Numbered from the stretch's first letter, positions 1 to 14,147 are shown. The stretch is DNA of 64,000 nucleotides from Hormiphora californensis (GCA_020137815.1 CM035354.1:1922001-1986000), one strand, 5' to 3'. Made by a program: numbers and translations. Notes: a model not told the origin generated them from the sequence alone.

Positions 1-108
1 ATACCAAAGGGTCTCACAATCTCGGAAGTTACCGCCCATGAGCTCTACAACTCGCCTCCCGCCAATCTCAGGTAACCAAAAAGAGAGAGGAAGAGAGCGA
101 GGAGAGAG

Positions 109-156
<48 letters not shown>

Positions 157-181
157 GAGTCGAGAGAGAGATGAGAGAGAG

Positions 182-240
<59 letters not shown>

Positions 241-1497
241 AGAAGAGATCAGAGAGTAAGAGAGAGAGACTAAAAGAAATAGAGTAAGAGATATTACGAT
301 CGAGTTCTTCCTGGTTTCTTAATTTACTCCATTTAATTGTAGATCATCTAAATTTGCCGTTTACGTTGTTACTAGTTACAAGTATAGTCCCATTTCCCTC
401 AATACTACTGGTAGACAACTTATGTAGACTGAACTATTTTATTGTCCAATGACGTTTGTAAGCCGTTTACCCGTTTAGTCTGCTCTTGATGTGTTCCCAT
501 TCACGTCATGTACTAGTTCTCTTCCAGTCAACCTTATAAACACTAATAGTTGTAGTGTAACTTTTCTGTAAACGATCTTCCCTCACACTGTGTGGTGTTC
601 CTGTTTAAATTGTAGTGTTTGCAGGAGGCTGGGATAACAGCTCAGATGGCAGGAGCAGCGGGTCAGATATCCTACAGAGAAGAGTCGGATATGAGAGACA
701 GATGAAGAGGGAGTACAATGCAAGACACTCTACACGCATGAACAAACTCAATCAGGATGAATCGTCCATGGAGGTAAGATAATATTTTTTGATTTCACAT
801 TTCTAGAAATAATTCCTTTTCCAGTCATAAAATTAATGTTGGTAGGTACTGCATAATATTTTGTACTTTATCCAGTATCCTGCAGTAAACACTATGTATC
901 TAACACCAGGTATCAGATATTTTGCTATCCCACGAGAGACAGCGACGGGCTGATCATCAGATTAGGCTGGAACGGAGACAAAAACTCGCCCTAAAACACC
1001 TACAGGAGGACCACAGAGGGTAATTAGTGCGTTTTAATTATTCATTGATTCTTTCATTTTACTACACCCTTTGGATATTCTCTTTATCATTGGGAATTTA
1101 TTGCGAATATTCTTAGTGTGTGTGATATTAGAGGTTTCAATATCTCAAAGGACTGATGTATTGTACATTGTGCTACATGACGGGCTAACATCCCCCAACT
1201 AACACCCAGTACCCCCCCCCCAACTAACATCCCAACTAACACCCTAACTAACACCACTCCCGTGTCTAACATCCCACCCTCTCTCTTTCCAGTTACCAGT
1301 CAAGAAACACCGACTCTCAGCAACAGCGGCTTCATAATAAAATGTAAGAAGGGAGAGAAAAGTAGGAAAGGGGTCTCTTGTGTGGGAGGGGATAATAAAA
1401 TTCGGCCACTATTTAATGAAGTCTTCTGGCCCCCTGATCACCCGAAATGTTCCTCACCCTCTCTGTAGCAGTATCTTTTTAGCTCTATCTCTCTCTT

Positions 1498-1581
<84 letters not shown>

Positions 1582-4500
1582 TCTCCCTCTCTCTCTCTCT
1601 TTCTCCCCCCCCCCCGCCCCGTCTCTCTCTCTTTCTCTCACTTTCCTCTATCCCACCCACCAGGCCATCTGACAGAGAGAGAAGGAAAAGAGAGGCAGAA
1701 ATGCAATTTTCTTGATTTATTATGTTTACAGGGATGACTTTATGCTCCAATAGCTCGAATTGCTCCACATTATAATCTTAATATTCAGAGGGGAAGGGAA
1801 GATCGTGACAGCAAAAAGGGACGGCACATTACACAATCTCATATCTTTCCAGGCCAGATAAAATGAGGATAGTTCGGCCGCCTGACCAATATCATAAGGA
1901 GGTTGTAAATCTGTTTACCCACCCAAGATCCAAAATACCAACATCTCTTAACAAGCACTCCGTACTGCCCGGTGTGAGGCCAGAAAAACTGGACCATCAG
2001 TCTGAACCACGTAAGAAATAGTCTCACTCCGAGTCTCTAATCACAGCCGCCAGAGCTGCAAATGAATCAAAACAGGTTACCCTGTTCTACCGAACCCAAT
2101 TACAAATACAAATACAATTAACGTTTATATTCCGCTTTGGGGCTAAATAAATGCTAACACTAATCAGCTGATCGGAACAGCGTCCTCCCAGTATTAACTA
2201 GCCTTCTAAAACGGCACCTGTAGGATTTAAGATCCTTGAAAGTCTAATAAGTAACGTCGATAATCGATATTAGATAATGATATGAAATTATCATCATGTG
2301 GTGTGAGCCACTCAACATTGACCTTGTTCTGTCAATTCATTGTTATGTTTTGTTCATTCGTTGAATATCCATTAGATACAGAAACAAAGGTGAAGAGGAA
2401 ACGAGATGATAAGCCAAAGAAGTTGTCAGGAATTCCCGTTCAAAGTAAAATCCCGTCCATCAACAAGGGACGCAAACCAAAACCAGAGATTGTTCGAGAG
2501 GTAAGGCGCTGTGGCTGACAGAAGGGTAAAGATAGGGCGCGCGTGTTGTCAACATTTGAGTTATGTACGCGCGCCTCCCTCCATTCCTACTTGTTCGTTT
2601 GGTTACCACAGAAACCCGCCCAAAATAGTGTACTCTGTGTGTACTGATGTAGTAGACACAACACAAGGGTAATGGGGTGGTTCGTGGTTAACTAACTACT
2701 CTCCCCCTCAGGCTGACACCCCCAGATCCCATGTCAGTGTTGGCTCCCATCCCGCCAGTATATACACACCGGACATTGTGGAACCAACCAAACCAATCAA
2801 ACCCATACCCTCAATTGGTGAAAAGGCAAAGGAGGCACAGCAAAAAAGGCAAAAGGAAGCACTCAAAGCTCTCTCAAAACACCCTCCGCCAGTTGCCACT
2901 AAACCCATAACACCGCGAATTCAGACTCACACACCCAAGCAACTACCGGTCACCCCCGCCAAGCGACCCTCAACTCCCATCGCTAAACCAACAACAACAA
3001 GCTCCAGCAAACTTTCCATCACATCCGGTGTTGACAGTTTAGCAGAGGACGAAGAGAGGCGAATAAATGAGGAGGAGGAGGAAGGTGGATTGTCGGCAGG
3101 GGACCAGCAAGATTTGGGGTATGACAGTCCTAAACATACTCCAAAACACCCAAAATTGTCAGTCTCTGAGGGGACAGATCACGACAGACCTGCCAAGTTG
3201 ACACAGAGGGACAGTGGATTGGCGGACAGTATAGAGCCTGATACAGCAGACAGTAGAAGGGAGACGCCTGAACCACAACCCGTCACCCCCGAACCATCAG
3301 AGGTAGGAGAGATAGGGACCATAGTAATTACCTTGCTCGACCCTCTCCCTTTAGTAGGGTCGGTTGTGGGAAGTTGGGTCTGGAATTTTAAATTTGACTT
3401 GCTGATATGATTAGGGACTCTATAAAAAGTCCAAAGTACCATCCCACAGGTCTCTACCACCCCCGGTTCACTAATTAGCCGTAATTATGTGATTTATGAC
3501 GTTATCGCCAATTAGCACTAATAATACCAGTTCCTGGTCACTTAGAGCTTAGATTTTGATACCAGCTGATAGAGGATCACTAGATTAGTGGGCATACAAA
3601 ATTTTAGGTCGATCAGAGTTATGGTCGAGGAGTTTTTCCGTTTGGCTGGCGGTTGGCTGGCACCACGTGGGATTACGGGTTTAGGTCGTCGTGGGAGGTC
3701 GTCATTGGTCGCGTTAGGCTTTTTCGGTTTTGGCGGGAAACCGAAAAAGCCTAATAACCCAAGAACGGGGTGGGGCCAAGGTCTGGCCCCACTAGGTTTT
3801 GATCACCTCATCGAGCCCGATCGAACGCGACCAATGACGACCTCCCACGACGACCTAATCCTAAACCCGTAATCCCACGTGGTGCCAGCCAACCGCCAGC
3901 CAAACGGAAAAACGGTTATAACTCCTTGACCATAACTCCGATCGACCTAAAATTTTGAATGCCCACTAATCTAGTGATCCTCTATCAGCTGGTATCAAAA
4001 TCTAAGCTCTAAGTGACCAGGAACTGGTATTATTAGTGCTAATTGGCGATAACGTCATAAATCACATAATTACGGCTAATTAGTGAACCGGGGGTGGTAG
4101 AGACCTGTGGGATGGTACTTTGGACTTTTTATAGAGTCCCTAATCATATCAGCAAGTCAAATTTAAAATTCCAGACCAAACTTCCCACAACCGACCCTAC
4201 TACTTCCCCACATGACAACACAAAAGGTTCTGTTCTTACTAGGAACCAGGAATTTGTTCCGATGATTCAAGTCACCTAACACCCCAATATCATTTTCCTG
4301 TAGGAACCAAATCCAATAAAGTTGGATCCCGTAACTGAGGAAACCGAATCAGAATCCCCGTCAGCCTCAGAACCTACCTTTAAACCCATGCTAGAGATTT
4401 TCAACCCTAAATCAGAGCATCTTCTAAATTCAGACTACATTATGGGGAAAACTCTTGGTGATGGGAACTTCGCCATTGTCAAGAACGCTCTCCACAAGTA

Positions 4501-7500
4501 AATATTTGTTGTTGAATAGTGGAACCGACCGAATCAGGAAATACTGGTCCCTGATTGGCTGATAACCAGTCACGTGACCTAAATAACGAGCTCTGATTGG
4601 TTGTTTACTTGGTTCGGTCGGTTCCTGATAGTGACCTAATTATATAATCACCATGATCACCATTATCGTGTTGTTATCTCAGTTAAAAAACTTAATTCTT
4701 CTTCAGAGATACAGGTGATGCTGTTGCCATTAAAATTATCGACAAAGACAAGCTACGTGGTAAAGAGGGGATGATGATTAATGAAATCAGAATCATGCGG
4801 CAATTAGACCACCCTCACTGTGTAAAACTGGTAAGTTGTAACAGATCAGCACTCATAGTTGTGACTAAATTTATTTTAACACTGTCTGACGAATGGCGGT
4901 GAGATCAGGTCTACGCCTGCAGACTGAGATAGATTTTAGGTGGGGTTATCATTATTCATGATAGTACTATCATGAATAAGTAACACAATATTTAATCTAA
5001 CTATATCTAATGCAAATTTGCACGGAAATGTGACACCCTATCGTCAGTGTGACGACGTGATCCGTCAGTGTGACGACGTGATCCGTCAGTGTGACGACGT
5101 GATTCGTAGGTATCACGTATCACACGTGTTGAGAACTGCTTGCGACTTGAGGGGTCACATCACATGCATAAAAGGGAGAGAAAGAGAGAAAAAGAGAGGG
5201 ATCACATCACATAGCATATAGCAGACAGGCAGAGAAAAACATAGAAACAGACCCCTCGATTTGCGATCGGTACGATCGCCCCAGTTTTGCTAGTAAGTAT
5301 AACCCCACCTAAACACTGTCTCAGTCTGGCGTCTGCATTTCCATTCACAGCGACAGGTTGGTTACCAAGTCACCCATTTAAGTGAACCACCACCATTATG
5401 GGGCGCTCTCCCTATATTACCACATTAATGACTATATTACCACTATTATATTACCAGCAATGTGACACTCGAGAGACAGCTGGTGACACTCGAGAGACAG
5501 CTGTGTGAATCTAACCTAGTGGTTAGCCTGAGTTAATATTATATACCCACAACTACAGTACCATGTCTAAATATATCCATTACTCACAGCATAATATGCG
5601 TTGTTTTTGAGTTTTATAATTTTAGAGAATACACCATAAACTATTTAATGCCCCTATCGTGGTTGGTGAGAGCTTAGGTTAACACGGTCGCTTGTAGTGG
5701 GAAAACGGTAATGGAAAACGAAGATACAGTAAGACGACGCGCAACCGTGACCAATCAGGGCGCTAGTACGTGCTGACACATGAACTTTTTGCCGCGCGTT
5801 ATGCACCGTGCGCGTCTCCTGACTGTATTTTGCGTTACCGTATTTTGACTGCAAGCAGCACTGTAAAGGTAGTCATGCCCCATTCCCCAATCACTCAAAG
5901 CGAAACTTCGAAACTCAGTAACCCAATAACTGCCTAGGGGTCCTTCATTTCTACCCCGGGTAAAAACGATTAAATACTCTGTTGGGGTGCACCAACGCCC
6001 CACTGGAGAACTTAAGATCGTTTCGTAAAATAAAGCCACTTTGAGGAATATATTCCATAGTCTGACAGCTCGGAGAAGGCTAATTGCTAAACCATGCTAA
6101 CCAAATAATTTGTTTGGGAAATATCAATCGAATCTGTCTCGCAATAAGTTACTAGGTTAGCCGTTTAGAAATGCGCAACCTCTAAAAGCTTGATTACATA
6201 AACTATTAAATCCTCCGTTTTCCCATTAATAACTTTGACATTTTATATATTCATAAAATATCAAACTATGACAGTTAGGAGCTTGTCTAAAACTTACATT
6301 AAATTAATTCCCCCCGTTAATTCCCTTGCAGTACGATATTTACGAGAGTGAGCCACACATCTACCTAATATCTGAGCTTGTTCGAGATGGTGATTTGTTC
6401 GATTGTATCGTTAAGAATCGATGCTTTGCTGAGCACGTGGTCAGGAGCATGGTTCTAGACATGGTCTCAGCACTCGACTACATGCACTCTCGGTCAATTG
6501 TACACAGGTAATGTATATGATAGGCAGGATTTTATTTTTCAGGTTGTCCTGGATTTCACATATTGATATATTCTGTCAGGCCAATGCTCTGACCACAGTT
6601 CTCGAGAATAGGGTCAGGCCAATGCTCTGAGTCAGAGTCTGACAGGACATATTTGGCAGAGTGTTTAACCTCCCATCCCTTCCAACAGAGACATCAAGCC
6701 CGAGAATGTCTTGGTAAACCGCAGTGCGGGTGCGTACCGCCTGAAATTGGGTGATTTCGGGTTATCCATGGTGGTCAAAGAGCCCATTTATACGATCTGC
6801 GGAACTCCAACCTACATAGCACCTGAGATTCTTGTAGAGTGTGGGTAAGTTATCAGTCTTTTTACTGGTTTCTGACTAGATATAATACCTTTTTTTGTTC
6901 AAACCCGCGAAAACAGGGTCGAGCAAGGCATAGATGACCCAATCTTCCAGTTATACTTATAGAGTCTCACATTTGGGGTTCACCCTGATTTTATTTTTAG
7001 TTTATTTTGCCTTCATTTATATCTCAGCCGTGACCCCCGCTGTTTCAATAGGTACGGTTTGGAGATTGACATGTGGGCAGTGGGCGTTATAACCTATATC
7101 CTACTCTGTGGATTCCCTCCCTTCCGGTCTAAAAACAAGGACCAAGAGGAGCTATTCTCTTTAATCATGGCTGGTCAATTTAGGTTCATCAGCCCTTACT
7201 GGGACAAAGTCAGCTTCGGAGCTAAGGTACACAATAATTACATATTAGTGTTTTAGAACCCTAGTGGATATGTATGCCTCATGCTATACATTTGTCTTTT
7301 AAATATATTTTCAGTTGTATGATCGGAGTTTTTGATATTCTCTCTTGATCGAGGCTGAGAGAATATATCAAAAACTCGGACAATCAACGCATCTTTTTAT
7401 GAATTAACCATGTGTCTCTCACCCCAGGATTTGATATCGCGATTGTTACAAGTGGTACCGGATGAAAGAGCCACCGCCAAACAGGTTCTAAACCACTCCT

Positions 7501-7538
7501 GGCTCCAGACACAACCAACAGCACGATCAGAGGAGTGA
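1..7538 (+). CDS. DCLK3: Doublecortin-like (DCLK3-like) CAMK-group Ser/Thr kinase, spliced, 5' end outside window. Exons ~1-71, 625-773, 910-1019, 1293-1343, 1853-2010, 2376-2500, 2712-3302, 4304-4497, 4707-4830, 6332-6507, 6689-6844, 7052-7226, 7428-7538
   Basis: Phase-consistent GT-AG exons give [104 protein letters not shown] and FPPFRS-x-x-x-DQ are DCLK hallmarks. Kinase exons are secure; linkage of the exons upstream of 2376 is less certain. Confidence 0.88.
83..270. repeat. (GA)n microsatellite in intron
   Basis: Imperfect GA dinucleotide run. Confidence 0.95.
1484..1640. repeat. (CT)n microsatellite in intron
   Basis: CT dinucleotide run. Confidence 0.95.
3357..4197. mobile_element. 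Near-fully palindromic non-autonomous DNA transposon (MITE/foldback), TA TSD, in kinase intron
   Basis: ta|GGGTCGGTTGTGGGAAG ... CTTCCCACAACCGACCC|ta; arms ~360 bp almost perfectly complementary around a short centre. Confidence 0.88.
4521..4625. mobile_element. ~105-bp MITE family (other copies ~7549-7642 partial, ~54026-54132)
   Basis: TIR GGAACCGACC...GGTCGGTTCC with conserved core TCAGGAAATACTGGTCCCTGATTGGCTGATAACCAGTCACGTGA seen three times. Confidence 0.85.
5680..5866. mobile_element. ~190-bp MITE family (other copies ~29734-29920 and inverted ~30360-30546)
   Basis: Three dispersed similar copies, ACACGGTCGCTTGTAGT...ACTGCAAGCAGCACTGT imperfect TIRs. Confidence 0.8.
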
Positions 7539-9227
7539 ATTGAACAGTTATCAGGAAATACTGGTCCCTGATTGGCTGATAACCAGTCACGTGATCTAAA
7601 TAATGAGTTCTGATTGGTTGTGTACTTGTTTCGGTCGGTTCCAACTTCCAGTTATATATCGAAAATATCTAAAGACTGATCTGACAAGGGCAATTAGTCC
7701 GATTTTTACTGCATCCAATGATTTGGCTCATTTTGACAGTGCGAGAAGATATAATGTGAGCTGAGGGAGTATGATAATAGTGGTAGGGGAGAAGATTTCT
7801 AAAAATAGAAACCGAGACATTGGGTAATATCTTGAAATGAGCGAGCTCTATAAAACCTGATTATATAATGGAGTCGGAGAGAGAGAGTGAAAGGAGTGAA
7901 TCGATTAAAATCAGATCGAAAGTCAAAGAGGCAAAAGTAAGTTATGATTTTAATACAAACTAACAAATAGTATTTAGCTTGTATCTGACGCGTATACTTA
8001 TATAGCTTAGAGTTTATTAGCGCTACATAGATTGTTGAGTTGTAGATAAATGCTGCATAGAGGCTCCTGAAATGGTGCACAGTTTTTTAGAATGCCTTTT
8101 TGATTTATTTTTAGACTGTTTTGAGAGGAAATGGACCGAGGAAGACCTGCCCGGTCACATTGCATAGAATCATAGTTTTGATTACCAGAACTAGCCAACA
8201 CCAGTTCAGCCGACCTTATCTTGACCTGTCAGAGCATTGGCCTGACCCTATTCTCATTTCTCTCTGGGACCTGTGGTCAGAGCATTCGTCTGACAGATCT
8301 TGACAACTAAGGTCGCATCATATACAAAATAAAGATTGAGTATGGTGCAATTATAATTTGCTGTCAAAGACCTGTCAGAGCGTGTCTTGTTTCTCAAAGT
8401 CAAAACGTGAGGCAGTTCGTTGAGTAAGGGGTCTACCCCGCAGCTTGCTCAACAAAACACAACCAGATTGTGGCTCAACCGCTGTCCACATGGAGGCGCT
8501 CAGATCGGGTCGGCGCCGCCTGATATAATAGGACAACCGTTCGAGTTGTTGTGAGAAAACCATATGAGTTGTGAGACTGACTGACAGTGATCATTACGGT
8601 GATACTGATAGTTCTTGCAGTTTTCAGCTAAAGAATTATATGGTTGATCGATACAAGTGTCAGTGATAAAATAAGGTTCGATACTAGTGATATTTAGAAG
8701 AGTTGATTATGTAATGTAATTGTATAGTTAGATGAGATCAGTTGATCGCACCGCGTGACTCCCAATGTACAGAAAACTGTGTAAATTGATGTTTTTGTAG
8801 AACCCCTTTTTTATGCTATCTTACAGTTCAAACAAAAATTCGAGTTTCAATTCTCATCTGGCAATTGGACCGGGGGAGGGGGGTATCAGATCATGGTGAC
8901 TCATCTGGCAATTGAACCGGGGGGAGGGGGGGGGGTTATCATGGTGACTCATCTGACCATTGGAGGTATGCCACCATCACCATTTGTCACCTGCACAATG
9001 TGCGTTCTGAAAGTACGATTTCACGTAATGTGCAGATCAATCGTTCGCGTTCGGGCGATCTATTCGGGTCCCCGTAGTCCGCTGCTTTACGACGGTCTTG
9101 TATAGAGGACCACAATTCGAATAGTTTGCAAAAGGTCGTGGTTGCAGTTGGTTGCATTCGAATGGGCTCAATCACTGTTTTTATCTCATTGACATGACTG
9201 ATACACAATTAACTCCTTGGATTAATT

Positions 9228-9885
9228 TTGGTGACATTGACACCTAGTGCGTGCGAGATCGAGCTCGCACATAGGTGTCCGCTCCGCCCCCTAAAAAAGG
9301 GTCGTGTCTTTCAAGCCAAATTGCGTACGTGATCCACTGGACCGATTTGCATCCGGTTTGTCGCAAAAGACTACAAATTGGTCCTAGTTTACTGGAAAAT
9401 ACCCCGAGAAGTTTGTCTGTCAACAGGAAGTGGGTCAAAATGGACACTGAAGTCAAATCTATAATCTGGCTTCCGAGCCTTTTTGCACCACTCCCAGACG
9501 GTGTAGAATGAATCTGAGGGTATCAGAAGATAGGTTGAACTCTTGTGAGTACTGGAAAATACCCGGCATTAATAGCTGATGCTAATTGCATCAACATATC
9601 TCCCAATATCTTCTAAACCGCATGGGCGTAGTGCAGAAACTCTCGGAAGCCAGATTATAGGTTTGACTTCAGTGTCAATTTTGACCCACTTCCTGTTGAT
9701 AGACAAACTTCTCGGGTATTTTCCAGTATATTAGGATCATTTGTAGTCTTTTGCGACAAACCGGATGCAAATCGGTCCAGTGGATCGCGTGCAACATCCC
9801 TTGAAAGATACGACCCTTTTTGAGGCGGAGCAGACACCTGTGTGTGAGCTCAATCTTGGTCGCGCACGGTGTCTATGTCACCAAG
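9228..9885. mobile_element. MITE with ~240-bp imperfect TIRs; internally deleted copy at ~10405-10490
   Basis: TTGGTGACAT...ATGTCACCAA termini; 9230-9475 is complementary to 9645-9885. Confidence 0.75.
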
Positions 9886-9960
9886 GATTAATTGACAGTC
9901 ACTGTGTATCGGTCAATAATTTGATCAAAACCAAGTAGCCAGAATCTCTCGAAACTCTTT

Positions 9961-10204
9961 TAGTAGGAGCGCTTAGAGCATACACGTGCAAAAGTCGTGC
10001 GCCACCCGAAATTTAGGCTACTGTTGCACTCCTTTGCTTTGCATCAAATCACAAAATGACCTTCATGTTTTTTGTAGATCTCGACGAGATCTTTCGAAAA
10101 CTTGAAGGTCATTTTTTGATTGGAGTTGAAATGAAGGAGCTATGACAATGCGCAAAAAGGGTGGCGCGCGACTTTTGGCGGGACTGATCTAAGCGCTCCT
10201 ACTA
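9961..10204. mobile_element. Short MITE
   Basis: TAGTAGGAGCGCTTAGA...TCTAAGCGCTCCTACTA inverted ends. Confidence 0.7.
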
Positions 10205-11429
10205 TTTGAATCTAGGTAGTGGTAGTGGGCTCAGCCCCGGCCGTTCCCTGTCTGGCGCTACCGACCCCATCTGAGCTTGAGCGCACTTGGGAATCAAATG
10301 GGGTATGGCGCCGCCATACAGGCCGTTCATAGTTCCAGCCCCGGTGCAAATTGTTATTAGGCTTTTTCCGTTTCCCGCCAAAATCCGCCGAACCCGACAA
10401 ATGTTTGGTGACATAGACACCTGGCGCGACCAAGATTGAGCTCACACACAGTGTGTGCGGGGGTCGCACCAGGTGTCTATATGTCACCAAGACAAATGTG
10501 CCCGTAGCAAATTGATATTGTCTAAGTTGAATATATTATAAAAGAAATAAACATTTTACAATAATATAAATAATAATTATATTAATAATAATCTTTAATA
10601 TCCCTACTAAACTTCCATCAAACGAACTATCTCATTTAAACCTCATTTTTACCTAGTTAAAAACTCGGTAAAATTTACCTAGGTAAAAAAGGTAGCTTTT
10701 TTACCTAGGTACTGATGGAAAATTCGTTCAATAATAGCCCTAATTGCAGCTCGCTTACTGCTTAGGGGTTTCAAAAATTCCCATAATCATGTCAGATCAC
10801 ACTGTAGATACACTGTCAGACATTGTTGCGCTAACCCTTTCTCGTACGTTTTATATACCTTACTCTCGGTTTTTAAGAAACGCTTTAGTAAGAAACTTTT
10901 TTATAAGAAACTTTTAAAATGTAAATCACACAATTCAGAGACACCACAACAAAATAGAACACCCCTAACTTGTTTAGTTTCTTGATAAAGGAGAAATTCT
11001 TTTTGTTTTTGGATTGCTTACACCTGTAGTTTCCTAGAAAAAAAGTTTCTTATTTAAAAGTTTCTTGAAATATGCGAGCTTAATTAACGAGAGTAAGGTA
11101 ATATACTATTACTAATATTAATACATAGTAGGCATGAGACATATTATCGGGGTCCCACTCCCACTGTATTTAAATAGACTAGCTGTAATATAATAAGAAT
11201 CCCTAAAAAAGTCCAGTTTGACAATTGACTTGTCCAGACTGTCTCGTGTGGCCTATAAGTATAACAGTGCTGCTCTGGGGACGAAGTGTCACAAGACTGA
11301 ATATAATAATATTTTAGGGATGTCTAAAAAATATTCAGATAATTTGAGGATGTCTAAAATTGAAAAATATTTAATTGCCACAAACTGTCAGAGCATTGGC
11401 CTGACAGGCCACAAACGTTGTCTAGACCT

Positions 11430-12224
11430 TGTTGTAGTGTGGTTTATACAGTGTGAGAGTGAAGCGATATTTGGCAGTATACAGAGAAAGGGTTATATTG
11501 AGTGTGAAGATATTTGGCAGTATATGAGAGAGGGTTGCATGTATGTGTGGCATGTGCATGTTGTTAAGGGTGCAAAGCACTCTCCTAGAGGATCAAGACA
11601 GAGGATCATGTTACCCTATGAAGAGGATCTCAACAGAGGATCACAAACCAGTAGTAGTAGTAATGAATATAGAAGCAACTCAATCCCCACGTCAAGAAGA
11701 CGCATGCTCGCAGCAGGAGTCTTGTCACCTCGAAGTCAGATCTACAATCCAAGATGCAGCGCCGGAGCAGTCACGTCATCATCAGTCTCCACGTCAAGAT
11801 ATAATTGTTTAGAAGATGCGCTAGTTGCAGACACAACACCGAGGACTTGTTTGGACATCAAAGAAGATGTTATGACTGCAGACCAAGCTACGAGGAGGTA
11901 TAAAGGAGGAAGAGGAAGGATTGAGGGGGAGATAAAACAGCGCACTTTGCCAAGACACTACTACCTACTACCGATTGTAGTTTATCTATTTACAGCTTTT
12001 ATTTCTTGTGTTTCTCCAGTCTTCATTCAGTCCAGATCCTTGCCCAACAAGGATCGAGATACAGTTCTGCTATTAGCGAGAGTTCCTGATATTACAGACG
12101 GTTACAGTACGGTTCGGTTACGCAGTTAGGTTACACGGTACGGTTACACGGTACGGTTACACAGTACGGTTGCACGTGTGATTCACAGGGGCATTCATTC
12201 AGACACAGTATATTCACTTTAACA
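11430..12224 (+). repeat. 5' LTR
   Basis: TG...CA bounded; no difference from 14372-15166 seen by eye. Confidence 0.93.
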
Positions 12225-12248
12225 AGTGGAGCCTGATAGAAAAGAACC

Positions 12249-13091
12249 ATGGAAGCACTACAGAAGGAACTATCCAAGTCACAAAAGCAGATTGAACAGT
12301 TGAAGTTACAAAATACAGAACTTACCAAACAGATGACAACCCTGATGGAAAAGACCAAGTTACAAGTGAGTGAAGATGAAGGTGAAGAAGAGATCCAGAC
12401 AAACAAGTTTTCATATATAACAAAACCTCCAAAGATGAATAAAGGTGACAGTTTCATCAATTATTGTGACAGATTTAAGTCATACTGTAAAATGACAGGT
12501 GTAAGGAGGAATTTAGATCTTTTGTTTTTACAGAACGTCGATAGCAACACATATACAGCGTTGAAGTTATCAGCACAAAATCTAACAGAACTACAGAAAA
12601 GGGACGCAGACGAAATTTGCAAGCAGTTCACAGATACCATGTTTAGTGAGGAGAGCATCTCTTTGAAGTGCGAACTCCTTAATCTCAGACAGAAGGCCAC
12701 TGAAACAGTAACAGAGTTTTGTAACAGAATTGAAGAGTTAGCAGGTATAGCATATGATTCTCCAGATGCAGCACAAGAAGCATGTTTGTTAGCTCTTCTC
12801 ACTGGTATCTCAGACAGCAGGAACAGGCGAAAGCTAAACGAAGATTTAACGATAACAGATTACTTCCAAGCAGTACGATTTGCCAAGCGATTGGAACAAG
12901 TTGCCAACATGCTTGAAGGGGAACCCAGCAGAGTAATGAAGGTCAGGGAAGAAACAGCAATCACATATTCAGATATAGAAACAGAAACGGATAGTTCAGA
13001 ATATGCAGATACAGATACGGACACAGATACGGACACAGATACAGACTACAGTTATAGCCAATACAGATATTACAGAGAGTATATTAAATAG
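12249..13091 (+). CDS. gag: Retrotransposon Gag-like protein, 280 aa
   Basis: Starts just after the PBS; N-terminal coiled coil, PPKMNKGDSFINYCDRF and LLNLRQKATETVTEFCNRIEELA (Ty3/gypsy gag L.Q...ESV..F..RL..LA motif); no CCHC knuckle seen. Confidence 0.82.
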   Translation: MEALQKELSKSQKQIEQLKLQNTELTKQMTTLMEKTKLQVSEDEGEEEIQTNKFSYITKPPKMNKGDSFINYCDRFKSYCKMTGVRRNLDLLFLQNVDSNTYTALKLSAQNLTELQKRDADEICKQFTDTMFSEESISLKCELLNLRQKATETVTEFCNRIEELAGIAYDSPDAAQEACLLALLTGISDSRNRRKLNEDLTITDYFQAVRFAKRLEQVANMLEGEPSRVMKVREETAITYSDIETETDSSEYADTDTDTDTDTDTDYSYSQYRYYREYIK

Positions 13092-14147
13092 AAGCAATCC
13101 CAGAGAACCAGATCAAAGAGATAGCGTCTCAAGATCTAGCAGTACCAGACATTAGAAAGAGAGAGAGAGAGTGTGTTCAGAATGTTGGAGTTTACAGAGG
13201 GTTGTGTCAGAAATACAGGAGACATATAATATACCCTAGACATTCAGATCTCACATCTTTTTAAAAAATATCAGACAAGGAATTGCAGAGACTACTAAGT
13301 TTTAAAACAAGGGATCAGAAATCTCATAATTAGCAGTGATCCAGGGACACTATCCAGTATAAAGAACAAACGAGAATGTGAAGGTGACACATTTTCAGAT
13401 GATTTCCCACAGCTGGAAAACTCCCCAGGAAGGCCCTGAGGACACCCAGTGTGGAGAAAGATGACGGAGGGAGCCACCGATATGGCTCAGTATCACAGCC
13501 CTGGGAGGAATTTATTTTGCCCAGTTTTTCCTGTGAAGGCGGTACTGTCCCTGAATTAGTGGACAGAGGATAACCGCAACAGCAAAGCCACCGGTGCCGC
13601 AACTACGCCGAGTAACCGTGGTGGTGAAGCTTTTACAGTTAACTTCTTCTTGAAGTTGTAGGAATGTTTACGTACGTGTCAATTGACGGAGACAGTGGTG
13701 GAAGCTGTCTCGGAACCAGATATTTTGCTGTTGTGCACAGTGTTATAGCCCTGCGGATCGTTCAGTGGAAGACTGTTTACGGCCGTGGTTTAAAGGGTTC
13801 TTGTTCTATTGCAGGGAAAATGTTGCTAAACAGTTGTTTCACAGTTCAAGACAGGTAGCGTGGCCAAGCTATCCTTTGTCAAGTTGGATTGGTTTAGAAA
13901 CCCAAAAACTAGCATCCCAGTACTGCAAGTAAAGAAGGTGCACGGATTACAGCATGGAAGTATTGAGCCATTCTAAATGGCTGAGACTCGGTTAAAGAGT
14001 CTGTCTCTGATAGTGATTTCAGAGAGGGAATCGACCTGATTAAAAGGTGATCCCGGATTAAAATTCTATATTTCAGTAGTAGAAACAGCTCATGATATAA
14101 AGCAGTTTTGTCACTTTCACCATTCTCAGTAAAACGGTGACAGCCTA

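Noticed and set aside
38-259. ER-repeat and SL-repeat ORFs (also 1380-1768, 42743-43016)
   Set aside because: Translations of GA/CT microsatellites.
3179-4279. Twin ORFs [10 protein letters not shown] on opposite strands
   Set aside because: Mirror images from the palindromic MITE arms.
11218-12129. 303-aa ORF and its 230-aa twin at 14379-15071
   Set aside because: They lie in the LTRs, start at TTG/GTG and show no recognisable domain; the duplication is explained by the LTRs.
12225-12245. Assigning the PBS to a specific tRNA
   Set aside because: No confident match from memory; needs the genome's tRNA set.
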